From positions 2,256 to 66,255 of the forward strand of contig CAZQBL010000004.1 of the NCBI GenBank assembly GCA_964592105.1: a stretch of DNA of 64,000 nt, written 5' to 3'. The notes beneath the pieces are model-generated. The model ran no database searches. It was not told where the DNA came from and worked only from the letters and a program-made list of their open reading frames with translations. A program made the position numbers and the translations under genes. Origin of the DNA: an uncultured Gammaproteobacteria bacterium (GTDB lineage Bacteria; Patescibacteriota; Patescibacteriia; UBA10025; JAHIVO01). The first letter of the stretch is position 1. Every line of letters begins with the position of its first letter. This document shows, piece by piece, positions 20,125-30,002 of the stretch.

Positions 20125-20646
20125 TTATTGGCTATAAGCCTTGGCGTTTAAATTTAATAAAATAGCTTCGCCGTCAACTGTTGCGTTAAAGACGGTAATA
20201 TTCAGGTAATAGTCCATGATTTCTAGGTCAGTTAAATAATATTGAAGTTGATCCCATCTCCCTCTGGCCTCGATGGAAAAATCCATCGTACCCGATTTTT
20301 CTATTTGTTGATTGGAATTGATGTTTATTTTTTGTACAACTTGTCTGGTAGTGGCGATGTTTTCCAGTGTCGATATAAATTCAAGTATTTTATCTTTACT
20401 GATAAATATTTTTGAAATATTGGCCGTATCATTTTTTATTTTGTTGTAATCCTGCCTGGTCGTTTCTAAATTGTTGCGTCTTTGTTCGAAAATGGCCAGT
20501 TGCACTCTTTTATCATAGGAATTTTTATTAACTATATTAATTTTGTTGTAATAGGGGATCATTACAAAAATTACTAATAATGTTGGTATACCTACCACTA
20601 AAGTTGCGAAGATATAAATTTTTCTGGTGAGTTCTTTACTGGGCAT
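20125..20646 (-). CDS. pilO: Type IV pilus assembly protein PilO-like
   Basis: Single N-terminal TM plus a coiled-coil region, immediately downstream of the pilM/pilN-like genes. The 8-nt overlap with pilN is typical of pilMNO. Confidence 0.45.
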   Translation of the reverse strand: MPSKELTRKIYIFATLVVGIPTLLVIFVMIPYYNKINIVNKNSYDKRVQLAIFEQRRNNLETTRQDYNKIKNDTANISKIFISKDKILEFISTLENIATTRQVVQKININSNQQIEKSGTMDFSIEARGRWDQLQYYLTDLEIMDYYLNITVFNATVDGEAILLNLNAKAYSQ

Positions 20647-21190
20647 AAATCAGGTTAGTAAGTTTGCCGGTAATTTCAAAATTTGATAGGTCTTTTTGGG
20701 CCAAACTGGCAATAGGGAAATTTACACTATCGAAATACTTAAAGTTTTTGAGGGACTCCTGATAATTCAGGAGAATGTCGCGGTTGATAGCTGTTCCAGT
20801 AATTCGAAAAGAGAGCGAATCCGTATTAAACTGCAGTGACTTAAAAACAATACCCTCAGGGGAAGATTCAATTAATTTGTTTAAGAAGATAGGCCATTTG
20901 ACGTGATGTTCCTGGATGGATTTTGCCAAGGTCAGCTGGTTATTAAGTGAAATTATAGCCTCATCAACTGCCGTGACTTTGCCGAGCTCAGTGACTCGCT
21001 TCTCTTGTTCTAATTGCTCATCAATTAAACTCTCGTTATCGAGAAGTAACTGATAGGTAAAAAAAATAACTGCCGCGACAATTATAGAGAAAGTAATTAT
21101 TACTGTACCAAGGTGTTTTAAAAGCTCCCAGACTTTTATTTTGGTAACGTATTTTTTTTGTTCTAAACTGATTAGATTAAAGGAAATCAT
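20636..21190 (-). CDS. pilN: Type IV pilus assembly protein PilN-like
   Basis: N-terminal INLLP-like motif (FNLISLEQKK), single TM and a coiled coil. Confidence 0.5.
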   Translation of the reverse strand: MISFNLISLEQKKYVTKIKVWELLKHLGTVIITFSIIVAAVIFFTYQLLLDNESLIDEQLEQEKRVTELGKVTAVDEAIISLNNQLTLAKSIQEHHVKWPIFLNKLIESSPEGIVFKSLQFNTDSLSFRITGTAINRDILLNYQESLKNFKYFDSVNFPIASLAQKDLSNFEITGKLTNLIYAQ

Positions 21191-21192
21191 GA

Positions 21193-22257
21193 TTAAATTG
21201 ATTTTAGGGATAAGCCAATGGCGGTACTAAAAGACAAAAATAATTGTTTATTCAAGGCAGCAGCTGTTTTTTTGCTCATCTTTAAATTTGACCAGGGATC
21301 ACCAACAATTACATTTACTTTCAACCTTTCCCGTAAAAATGAAGAAAGACCGACCATTTGGGCCACGCTCCCGGTTAGGATAATAGTGTTGATTTTTTTA
21401 CCAGCGGATAGATATTCTTCGTAATATTCGAGGCTTTCATTAATTTTTTCGGCTAGGGCGGTGATTATCGGTTCGAGAATAGAGCGAATCGCGCCATGAC
21501 CTTTCTTTTTATCTAAGCCACAGATTTTTTTTGCTTTTTCTGCATCTTCAAAAGAAAGTTTCATTTTATCGGCAACATTTTTAGTCATGGCCGTTCCATT
21601 TATTTCCAGAGTAGTGGTAAAAATTACGCTATTCCTGTCATAGGTAGCAATATTAGTTCGGCTTTTGCCCAGATCAATAATCAGGACGGGATCGCGTACA
21701 TCCACACTTTGATCAATTAAACATCTGGCAATCGCCGATGACTCATTCTCTAAGTTAATTAAGCAAAAACCGGCGTTTTCTATGACCCGTGTATAAGATT
21801 CTACAATGTTCTTGGGTGCTACTGCCGCTACCACTTGGATTGATTTCTTTTCATCTTTTTTTAAATTGTCTATTTTATTCCAATCAAAATAAGCTTGTTC
21901 TAAGCTGATCGGAACGGTTTGTTCAATGCCCCAGGCCACTGCCCCGCGAATTTCTTCATCCGGTACATTGGGTATGGTTAGAACCTTGATAAATATTTTT
22001 TTTTCCGGTAATGAGGCATTTATAAACTGGCCTGATATTTTTCCAAAATTTGGTTTACTTAACATCTTTTTTATTAAATCAGAAACAGAGGTCTCATTTT
22101 TAATTTCACCATCAACTATCAGATTAGCTGGCACGGAAATTTCTCCAAATGCTTTGATGTCGATTTTTTTTCCCCGACTATAATGCAACTGCACAAAACG
22201 CAGTTTTAAATCGCTAATGTCAAGCCCAATTATATTTTTAAAATGGTTCGCAGACAT
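21193..22257 (-). CDS. pilM: Type IV pilus assembly ATPase-fold protein PilM (actin/FtsA-like)
   Basis: The N-terminus IIGLDISDLKLRFVQL reads as an actin-fold phosphate-1 motif. The gene is co-oriented with pilN/pilO-like genes rather than ftsZ. Confidence 0.65.
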   Translation of the reverse strand: MSANHFKNIIGLDISDLKLRFVQLHYSRGKKIDIKAFGEISVPANLIVDGEIKNETSVSDLIKKMLSKPNFGKISGQFINASLPEKKIFIKVLTIPNVPDEEIRGAVAWGIEQTVPISLEQAYFDWNKIDNLKKDEKKSIQVVAAVAPKNIVESYTRVIENAGFCLINLENESSAIARCLIDQSVDVRDPVLIIDLGKSRTNIATYDRNSVIFTTTLEINGTAMTKNVADKMKLSFEDAEKAKKICGLDKKKGHGAIRSILEPIITALAEKINESLEYYEEYLSAGKKINTIILTGSVAQMVGLSSFLRERLKVNVIVGDPWSNLKMSKKTAAALNKQLFLSFSTAIGLSLKSI

Positions 22258-22283
22258 TGGTATTGTGGTGCTGAATAATTATA

Positions 22284-24050
22284 TCATAATTCTTCCCAGG
22301 AAATCACGCGATATTGTCCGGTCGTGGGGAAATATGGCGGTGGCGAGAAATAAAAGTTATCATCATAAATCAAATTGCGGGCGCAATACCCGGAATTGTT
22401 ATATTGACCGCCGCCGCAATTGTATAAATTGTAACCCGACCAGGCAAAACCGTATCTTTGGTAAGTACCAATGGCCCCGTTGGTGGTAATAAGTGATCGA
22501 CTCCGATAGTTAAGGCACGATGATTCACCCATTGGGTCGGCACTGCCTATTGGGTAACGTCTAAAATTTGAGGGATTTGTGGAGGTAGTAAAGCCAGCTC
22601 CGTAATAAGGTCGACCGGTTCGGCCTCGCTGGGCAATCATCGCTCCATCAATGTGAAGATCGTTTTCGCTGTAGTAGCCTACTAAAATGTTGTTTTGGGC
22701 GATTAAACCAATGGCATCAGCACCGCTGGCGTCGCTGACGGGAGTATAAGTTAGGTCACGATTTAGGTAAATATTAGCATTGCCACTGGCCAAAGGGGTT
22801 TTGGCGGCCACAATCGTCAGTCTAGCATTGTCTATGGCCCCATCTACCCAGACGTCATCCTCCACGAAAATAAGACCGTTCGGGGGAAAGGGGACTCCAA
22901 GGGCTGGGTTATTACCTTGGTAGGAAAAGTTACTTTCACTACCAGCCGCCGTGCCGATCGAATGACTTGATTGAATACAGGAAACCCCGGTAGTCACACA
23001 AGAACCAGCTCCTTGAAGCAAACAGGCTAAACTACTACTACAGGCGATGGTACTATTTCCCGAGCAATAACTACATCCCACTCCTTCACCGCCGCTGTTT
23101 TGGTAACACATCCGATTAAAATCCTGCGAGCAATATCCGAAGTCACGCCAGTTACTGCCGACCTGGTATTGGCATCTTAAAGAGCTGTTTACGATGCGCA
23201 TGTCAAGCGTACCATTGGTGTGCAGCGTTAAATGATAACCCAAACCGCCTGATGGACCGAGGTAAATACCGTTTGGTGGTTGAGCTGCTGTCTGCATATC
23301 ACTTAGGTCACTTGTTATGCCATTAAAATCAATGGTTGGGACGCCGATATATCGGCCAGCCATAAAGATGTCGGGTCGGTTAGGCATTGAGTTTGGTGGC
23401 GCCTCTGCGGCCCGGAACGTATCGTTAATATTAGTGCCTGGTCCAGTATCTGTATCATGGGTATGCACACCGTATTCGTTAGCGCCGGTATGGTCAGGAT
23501 CGTTATAGTTATTGGTATGACTTGAAACTTGATTATGTGCTAAGCCATCGAAGCGAATACCACTATTGGAATGAATTGGGCCAAAAACTTCCGTGCCTTC
23601 GCCAAAACGCATCACGTCGTTGGCGGCCACTGCGTAATTGGTAAAAGATGGTATGCCCATGCGTACCGCAATTGTTTTTGTGAGCAAAGGTTTTTCGGTG
23701 GTATGGCCAGTTGACAAAATATTAACAATAGTTGAACCATTTGACGGTGGAGTAATATCTAAAACAAATTGTCCAATCAAATCTCCGGCGGCGTTAAAAT
23801 AATTATGAGTGTATGGACCTGGTTGGGATGTGCCGTCTTGATAATCATTCTGGGCATGGGCCAAATGCCAGCGGTAGTATTCTATGCCTGCTTCGGCAAT
23901 ATTAAAACTTACAGTTTTGTATTTTTTTTGACTGGATAGTTTTGCCTGACTGCCGACAAAGGTAGTAGCTACAATGGCTAAAGCAACAAATAAAGTCATG
24001 GTGATCAGGACAGGAATATAGATATTACCTTTTTGTTGTTTTTTTGTCAT
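22284..24050 (-). CDS. Cys/Gly/Ser/Thr-rich secreted or surface protein in the pilus operon (hypothetical)
   Basis: N-terminal TM or signal anchor, with a cluster of more than 15 Cys in about 90 aa (CQYQVGSNWRDFGYCSQDFNRMCYQNSGGEGVGCSYCSGNSTIACSSSLAC...). Confidence 0.35.
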   Translation of the reverse strand: MTKKQQKGNIYIPVLITMTLFVALAIVATTFVGSQAKLSSQKKYKTVSFNIAEAGIEYYRWHLAHAQNDYQDGTSQPGPYTHNYFNAAGDLIGQFVLDITPPSNGSTIVNILSTGHTTEKPLLTKTIAVRMGIPSFTNYAVAANDVMRFGEGTEVFGPIHSNSGIRFDGLAHNQVSSHTNNYNDPDHTGANEYGVHTHDTDTGPGTNINDTFRAAEAPPNSMPNRPDIFMAGRYIGVPTIDFNGITSDLSDMQTAAQPPNGIYLGPSGGLGYHLTLHTNGTLDMRIVNSSLRCQYQVGSNWRDFGYCSQDFNRMCYQNSGGEGVGCSYCSGNSTIACSSSLACLLQGAGSCVTTGVSCIQSSHSIGTAAGSESNFSYQGNNPALGVPFPPNGLIFVEDDVWVDGAIDNARLTIVAAKTPLASGNANIYLNRDLTYTPVSDASGADAIGLIAQNNILVGYYSENDLHIDGAMIAQRGRTGRPYYGAGFTTSTNPSNFRRYPIGSADPMGESSCLNYRSRSLITTNGAIGTYQRYGFAWSGYNLYNCGGGQYNNSGYCARNLIYDDNFYFSPPPYFPTTGQYRVISWEEL

Positions 24051-24054
24051 GTGT

Positions 24055-24669
24055 TTATAGATTGTCCTTTAGATTTCGCAAAGTTACATTTGTTTCCAAT
24101 TCTAAGGGCGACGGCGTTCTACCTGGGTCGTAATCAATTAATAAATGTAGTTTAATCAATCGGACATCTCCTAATGGAATTGGTTCAGACAAGGCGGCCG
24201 AAGTGCCAGTATAAGAGTCATCATAATACTGAAACACTGGGCCGGTATTTACAATATTCTTAACAATAACTGTTTTGGTTGAGTCGGAAAATGCGGGATA
24301 TTGTGGTGGGACGGAAGAGCTCGACTTGGCAAACCAGCGATATAATATTCCGTTTTGCAATTCATACTTTACCTTTTCCCGTTTATTATCACTGTCAATA
24401 TTTGAGAAAAAAATAAGGGTGTCTGAGTCGGCGCTTTCAATAGCGTAAGAACCATTATCGGCTATTTGCATTTCCCGAATTTCGCCCACGATACTCTGAA
24501 ATGCGGTGCGTGCTTGGTCCTGAGCTTTTATATGATCCTGAGTTACATTCCACAGGCGTAAACCCCAAACAGTCGCTGTACCAAGGCCAATACCGATTAA
24601 TGAAATAATACTTATAACAGTAATCATTTCAATTAAAGTAAAGCCGTTAATGTGTTTTATTTTTCTCAT
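24055..24669 (-). CDS. Type IV pilin-like protein (prepilin-type N-terminal cleavage/methylation domain)
   Basis: The N-terminus MRKIKHINGFTLIEMITVISIISLI matches the class III signal G/FTLIE plus a hydrophobic helix. Confidence 0.65.
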   Translation of the reverse strand: MRKIKHINGFTLIEMITVISIISLIGIGLGTATVWGLRLWNVTQDHIKAQDQARTAFQSIVGEIREMQIADNGSYAIESADSDTLIFFSNIDSDNKREKVKYELQNGILYRWFAKSSSSVPPQYPAFSDSTKTVIVKNIVNTGPVFQYYDDSYTGTSAALSEPIPLGDVRLIKLHLLIDYDPGRTPSPLELETNVTLRNLKDNL

Positions 24670-26981
24670 GGAGTTGGACTCAGTATAATTTGTTGAGTTG
24701 TGTACCCGTTGACATCTATCGTTTGTGTTTCAGTTTGATAGCCGGATAAACTAATTTCAGCAGTGTAAGATGCAGCAGTTAAGTTTTTGAAATAAACCTG
24801 TCCCGGGGGTAAACATGCCAGAGTATAACCGATGCTAATATCAGTCACAGTGGGCGAATAGTAAACATCCGAGGTTCCCAGAATAATTTTGTAGCGCAGA
24901 TATTGATGTCCATTATGACTGTCGTGAAGATCAGCATTATTATTTACGTAATAGGTAGCGCCTGTACCATCAGGGCCAACAAAATCCCAGCTGGCTGGAT
25001 TTTGTTCTGCGCTCGTGGCAATTTGAAATTTAACGCTATCGGCACCGGTTTCGGCTGATTGAATACTCGGTTGCCAATTTATTGAGGTAAAGGTGGCAAC
25101 TGAGCCAAGATTAAAAGTTGAAGAAACCAGCTCGCCAGTATCGTCGTAAAATTCTAAAGTATAATTTAGTGTGAGATTTTTTACTTTTGGGGTTTTATTG
25201 GCATCAGAAGAAATCAATTCTATTCGCCAGCGTAAATCGCTACCAATATTGGTAAAGTCGTGCGCTGTGCCGAGCGTGACGTTTTCAAAATGCAATCCGC
25301 CATCGGCTGACAAAAAATAATTAACAGTTTGGTCATTACGTTCTTCAATAGCAGTCAATGTGGCGGAAATTATTTTGCCATGCTGGTTGTTGATTTTTAT
25401 AGATTGGCCGAACTGACTAACGCCGACTGGATAGTGGCCAGCCTCGGTGGTTAAGCGCAGATCTTGATTGGCTGGTTCAGTATTCCAATCGGCAGAGGTA
25501 GCTGAGGATTCTCTGTAGGAATCGGTGGCAAATGTCTCCGTGAAAGTCGGTGAAGTGGTGTTTTTATGTAAAGTAAGTTGACCTGTGGTTGAGATTGTAT
25601 CCAGATGAGTATTGTCGGAAAAATACTTATTGATAACAGTAAAGTCGGTTTGTCCAGACCCGCCTGACCAGTCAGTTTGTTTGATGAAGCCGTGACCAGT
25701 TATTTTGGTCTCATCATAGCCTGTTCTAGTCAAGCGTACTGTGACATCTGATAAACTGGTGCCGCTGGAATCCTTGACCGTAATTAATAATGAATTATCG
25801 GTATGGCTAGCTAGTAGAACATTAAGTGTCGTGTTAGTATTTGGAAAAATATTAAGGGCTAGATCATGATTAATGCCGGCGATGTCATAGCCAGAGCTGT
25901 TAACCACCAAGTCGTAGAGATCCCATTCCAAATCATTTTTGCTCCATTGACCAAGGGCATTGGTTTGAAAAGGAAAAACATTTTTTAGAATGCTTGAGGG
26001 CGGTTCACTTACCGTTTTAACACCTTGAAGGGTAAAATTGATATTTGGCTTTATGGAGCAGTTTTCGTCGAAACTATTTACCGCCAAGGTGCTGGTACGA
26101 TCGATGGCAAAGCTTATTTCTTCATACTGACCCGAGTTAATAGTGACGTTTTCTTTGATAGGGTCGGGATTACCTAAAGCATCGGTACAGCCATTGCCTG
26201 CGGCATCAACCGAACAAGTACGGTCGCTGCTGTAACCGCTTTTTGAGACTTTGATTACATAATTTGCTGCGGGGGTCATATCTAGCAGCAAAACATTGCC
26301 AAACGAATCTGTGTTGAACGTCCGGTCATAAGTTGGGACTATCGTTGAATTAGTAATATGGATACTGGCCTCGTCGATGGGAGCACCGGAGGCGTCAAAT
26401 ACTTTGACTAACAAAAAACCGTTGGTGGTGCTTCCCTCTAATCCTTTGGGCGCGATTATTGTTGATAGTTTTACTGGCTGACCGGTGTAATAGGAATCCC
26501 AGGTAACAGTGACGTCGGCCTTTTTGTAGTCAGCAGGATTATTGTTGTAAGTAGGAATATCCTGCGGCTTATTAACTTCAGTCCCGTCAGCGCATTTTGA
26601 CCATTCGCTTGGATCTTTGGGAGGCGTAGGTGCGCCCACGCATCCGTCAAAAGGATCGTCAACGTAAGTAATAAGCGTATTAACGGTAAAATTTATATTT
26701 GAGCGTAATATAGAACGACTGTCCGCTAAAGTTCCGGCGGGTGAGCCGTTGACGGTACCGACATTGGCATATGTCAGATTACGGATAATTTCCATTTGCT
26801 CGGCGGCAATATCGGTTGCCACTATTTTTGCCCGGGACGTATTAAGTTGTTTGATGGCTGTTTGAAAAACGGTTAGCATGGTCATGAACATCATAGTAAA
26901 AACTAGTAAAACAACTATGACTTCAACCAAAGAATAGCCTATCGTATTGTATTTTAATAATTTAATTTTTATTTTTGGCAT
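24666..26981 (-). CDS. Giant pilin-like protein (771 aa) with a prepilin-type N-terminus
   Basis: The N-terminus LKYNTIGYSLVEVIVVLLVFTMMFM reads as G-YSLVE plus a hydrophobic helix. The remainder is Thr/Ser/Asn-rich and beta-rich. Confidence 0.5.
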   Translation of the reverse strand: MPKIKIKLLKYNTIGYSLVEVIVVLLVFTMMFMTMLTVFQTAIKQLNTSRAKIVATDIAAEQMEIIRNLTYANVGTVNGSPAGTLADSRSILRSNINFTVNTLITYVDDPFDGCVGAPTPPKDPSEWSKCADGTEVNKPQDIPTYNNNPADYKKADVTVTWDSYYTGQPVKLSTIIAPKGLEGSTTNGFLLVKVFDASGAPIDEASIHITNSTIVPTYDRTFNTDSFGNVLLLDMTPAANYVIKVSKSGYSSDRTCSVDAAGNGCTDALGNPDPIKENVTINSGQYEEISFAIDRTSTLAVNSFDENCSIKPNINFTLQGVKTVSEPPSSILKNVFPFQTNALGQWSKNDLEWDLYDLVVNSSGYDIAGINHDLALNIFPNTNTTLNVLLASHTDNSLLITVKDSSGTSLSDVTVRLTRTGYDETKITGHGFIKQTDWSGGSGQTDFTVINKYFSDNTHLDTISTTGQLTLHKNTTSPTFTETFATDSYRESSATSADWNTEPANQDLRLTTEAGHYPVGVSQFGQSIKINNQHGKIISATLTAIEERNDQTVNYFLSADGGLHFENVTLGTAHDFTNIGSDLRWRIELISSDANKTPKVKNLTLNYTLEFYDDTGELVSSTFNLGSVATFTSINWQPSIQSAETGADSVKFQIATSAEQNPASWDFVGPDGTGATYYVNNNADLHDSHNGHQYLRYKIILGTSDVYYSPTVTDISIGYTLACLPPGQVYFKNLTAASYTAEISLSGYQTETQTIDVNGYTTQQIILSPTP

Positions 26982-26984
26982 ATT

Positions 26985-28202
26985 TTAAATAGCCTGAACT
27001 AAGCCGTACATTGGCATTAAGACCGCTAAAGCCACAACGGCCACAACGCCGCCTATTACAAGCATCAAGATGGGTTCGATAATTGAGGATAAACCGCTCA
27101 TAGTTTGATCGACATCATCTTCATAGAAGTTAGCAATTTCTTCAGAAATGCTATCAAGTGTACCGCTTTCTTCGCCAACGGAAATCATCTGAGTGACTAC
27201 CGGCGGAAAAATTTTGGGCTTTGTTTCCAGTGTTTTTACAATAGAAATGCCTTTTTTAACGCTTTCCGAAGCTTCAACCATGGCTTCAATATAAAAACTG
27301 TTGCCCAGCGTTTTAGAAATTATTTGAAAAGTTTGAACAATGGGAATATCGGTTTTCAATAAAGAACTTAAAGTCCGAGTAAATCTGGCCAAGTTGATTT
27401 TTTTGATTATGTTACCAAGCAATGGCATTTTTAGCATAATAGTATCCCAATATTTTTTACCTTTTTTTGTTTTTTTGAATCGTAAAAAAGCGTAGGCTAA
27501 GACTGCCACACCAATGCCAATAAATATGCCTTGATGAGTCATTAGATTACTGACAAAAATGAGAATTTTGGTGGGCAGTGGCAGGTCTAATTGTGACTCC
27601 GTGTAAATGGAGGTTATCTGAGGGACTACCGTTATCATCATCACGATTCCAATTCCAATCATGGCGACTACCACGACAGTTGGGTACATCATGGCCGATC
27701 TGACTTTGGCTATCAAAGCATGTTCTTTTCTCATTTGATTGGTTAAATATCCTAAAACTTCATCAAGTTTACCACTGGCCTCTCCGGCAGCGATCATGTT
27801 GACGAATAATTCAGAAAAAATTCCCGGATGTTTTGATAAAGCGTTAGAAAATGAAACACCATTTTCAACATCGGCCTTAATTTCCAGTATTGCAGTTTGC
27901 AGTTTTTTGTTTGATGATTGCTGGGACAGAGTATTGAGGGCCATGGCTAAGGAAAAACCGGTTTTGATCATAACTGACAGGTTTTGTGTAAAAAATATTT
28001 TTTGGACAGCGGGAACCCTGGAAAGTTTGTTAAATATATTTTGGAGGGAAAACTTACCGCCTTTGTGTATTTCCTTGGCCGTCGTTAGAATAAGTCCTTG
28101 ATTTTTTAAATAATCGGACAGCGCCTTCTCGTCCTTAGCCCGAAAACGGTCCTTTTTTAGTTTACCGTTTTGGGTTCTGGCTGTGTATAAATATTCTGGC
28201 AT
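26985..28202 (-). CDS. pilC: Type IV pilus assembly platform protein PilC (GspF family)
   Basis: 405 aa with two repeats of the GspF domain and three TM segments. Confidence 0.85.
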   Translation of the reverse strand: MPEYLYTARTQNGKLKKDRFRAKDEKALSDYLKNQGLILTTAKEIHKGGKFSLQNIFNKLSRVPAVQKIFFTQNLSVMIKTGFSLAMALNTLSQQSSNKKLQTAILEIKADVENGVSFSNALSKHPGIFSELFVNMIAAGEASGKLDEVLGYLTNQMRKEHALIAKVRSAMMYPTVVVVAMIGIGIVMMITVVPQITSIYTESQLDLPLPTKILIFVSNLMTHQGIFIGIGVAVLAYAFLRFKKTKKGKKYWDTIMLKMPLLGNIIKKINLARFTRTLSSLLKTDIPIVQTFQIISKTLGNSFYIEAMVEASESVKKGISIVKTLETKPKIFPPVVTQMISVGEESGTLDSISEEIANFYEDDVDQTMSGLSSIIEPILMLVIGGVVAVVALAVLMPMYGLVQAI

Positions 28203-28207
28203 GTTTT

Positions 28208-29941
28208 TTACTCCTGAGTCGCTCTTAAAATTTCTTCTATGGTAGTCACACCGTTTTTTGCTTTAATAAATCCGTCCTGAAGCATGGTTAGCATACCATG
28301 GTCGGTGGCAACCTTCATGATGTTGGCCGCTGTATCGCGATTAATGATCATCTGTGATATTTCTTTGGTAACTTCCAAAACCTCGAAAATTCCGATGCGT
28401 CCTTTATACCCGGTATTATTACATTGTTTACAACCTTTGCCTTTGTAAAACAGGAAAGATTCGATCGGCGCTTTTGACGATAAAATAATTCCTTGGGACT
28501 CCAAAATTTTGAAAATTGCCTCAAAATTAAGTCTTTTTTTCAAATCGTCGACGGCTTTTTTACTTAAGGTATAACTTTGTATACAGTTCATGCATATTTT
28601 TCTGACCAATCGCTGGGCCACCACGATGTTTGTCGTCGACGCAATCAAAAATGGTGGGACGCCCATTTCTTCCAAGCGGGGCAAAGTTGTTACGGCGTCA
28701 TTAGTATGGAGTGTGGAGAGGACCAAGTGCCCGGTCATGGCCGCGTGAGTGGCAATTTCCGCAGTTTCTCCATCTCTAATTTCTCCGACCATGATAATAT
28801 TTGGATCTTGTCTTAGTAGGGCCCTTAGTCCACTGGCAAAGGTAAAGCCTATTTTTGGATTTACCTGACTTTGGTTGACCCGGGGCATCCGATATTCAAT
28901 AGGATCTTCAATGGTAGAAATATTTACACCAGGGTTATTTAATAGTCCCAAAATTGTATATAAGGTAGTGGTTTTGCCACTGCCGGTTGGACCAGTAACC
29001 AATAACATACCCTGCGGTTTTTTCAGGTTTTTATTTACTATTTCCAGCGCATTTAACTGGAAGCCGATTTGTTCCAATGATAAAATTTTCATTGATTCGT
29101 TGAGTAGGCGCATTACTATTTTTTCGCCGTCAAATACCGGAATAATCGAAACTCGGAAAGAAATTTTATAATCAGACGTTGAAATTTTAAAACGTCCGTC
29201 CTGCGGCAAACGATGCTCGTCAATTTTCAAATTTGATAGTATTTTTATTCTGGCGGTTACTCCGGGCTGAAGATTTTTGGGTAGGTGCATGACTTCGCGC
29301 AAAATACCATCAATCCGATATCTAACTACAATGTCGGTTTCGGTTGGTTCGATATGAATATCAGAAGCACCCTCAAATATTGCATATTCCAACAAGGTAT
29401 CGACAATTCTAATGATGGGCAGGTCTTGAGCCAATTGCTTTAAATCTTCTGGTTTTTCAGGACTGCCTGTAGTAATTTCGCCTGTCGTTATTTTTTTAAA
29501 TTCCGAGGAAAGACCTTTGTGGAACAATGAGAGTATTTCTTTTATACTTGTTGGGCTGGTCATGTGAACTCTGACAGCCAAGCCGGTTTTCTTTTTTAAA
29601 AATTCGATTATTTCTAGGTTTTTTGGATCCAGAGTGGCGATTTTCAGCTCGGTTTCATTTTTGTCAAAAACTATAGTTTGATAGGTCTGAGCCACTGATT
29701 CAGGAATGAGCGTTAAAATGTCTTTTCGAATATTCATCCGGCGAAGGTCAATAAAGGGGATTTTATAGTAATTACCAATTGTCTCATAGAGAATGTTTTC
29801 AGAGACTATGTTTTTGTTAATTAAATAAGAGGCCAGATCAACCTTCTCTACTTGAGAACGTCGCCGTGCCTCTTGATATTGCTCCTTGGGAATAATATTT
29901 GTGTTTTGCAGAATTTTATCTAATTCCGCGAGTGGAATCAT
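28208..29941 (-). CDS. pilB: Type IV pilus assembly ATPase PilB (GspE family)
   Basis: Walker A LLVTGPTGSGKTTT, the Asp and His boxes, and a tetracysteine motif (CMNC...CKQC). Confidence 0.85.
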   Translation of the reverse strand: MIPLAELDKILQNTNIIPKEQYQEARRRSQVEKVDLASYLINKNIVSENILYETIGNYYKIPFIDLRRMNIRKDILTLIPESVAQTYQTIVFDKNETELKIATLDPKNLEIIEFLKKKTGLAVRVHMTSPTSIKEILSLFHKGLSSEFKKITTGEITTGSPEKPEDLKQLAQDLPIIRIVDTLLEYAIFEGASDIHIEPTETDIVVRYRIDGILREVMHLPKNLQPGVTARIKILSNLKIDEHRLPQDGRFKISTSDYKISFRVSIIPVFDGEKIVMRLLNESMKILSLEQIGFQLNALEIVNKNLKKPQGMLLVTGPTGSGKTTTLYTILGLLNNPGVNISTIEDPIEYRMPRVNQSQVNPKIGFTFASGLRALLRQDPNIIMVGEIRDGETAEIATHAAMTGHLVLSTLHTNDAVTTLPRLEEMGVPPFLIASTTNIVVAQRLVRKICMNCIQSYTLSKKAVDDLKKRLNFEAIFKILESQGIILSSKAPIESFLFYKGKGCKQCNNTGYKGRIGIFEVLEVTKEISQMIINRDTAANIMKVATDHGMLTMLQDGFIKAKNGVTTIEEILRATQE

Positions 29942-29971
29942 ATGTATTTTGATATTTTGACAAGCTGTTAT

Positions 29972-30000
29972 ATTATATCATAAATATTACATATAGTCAA
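29972..30000 (-). promoter_or_regulatory. Near-consensus sigma-70-like promoter for the pilB operon: TTGACT-17-TATAAT (minus strand)
   Basis: The reverse complement of 29972-30000 gives TTGACTatatgtaatatttatgaTATAAT, placed about 30 nt upstream of the pilB ATG. Confidence 0.45.
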
Positions 30001-30002
30001 AA

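Noticed and set aside
21193-22257. FtsA as the identity of the actin-fold protein
   Set aside because: It is followed by PilN-like (INLLP-type N-terminus) and PilO-like genes in a pilB/pilC operon, not by ftsZ, so PilM is the better call.
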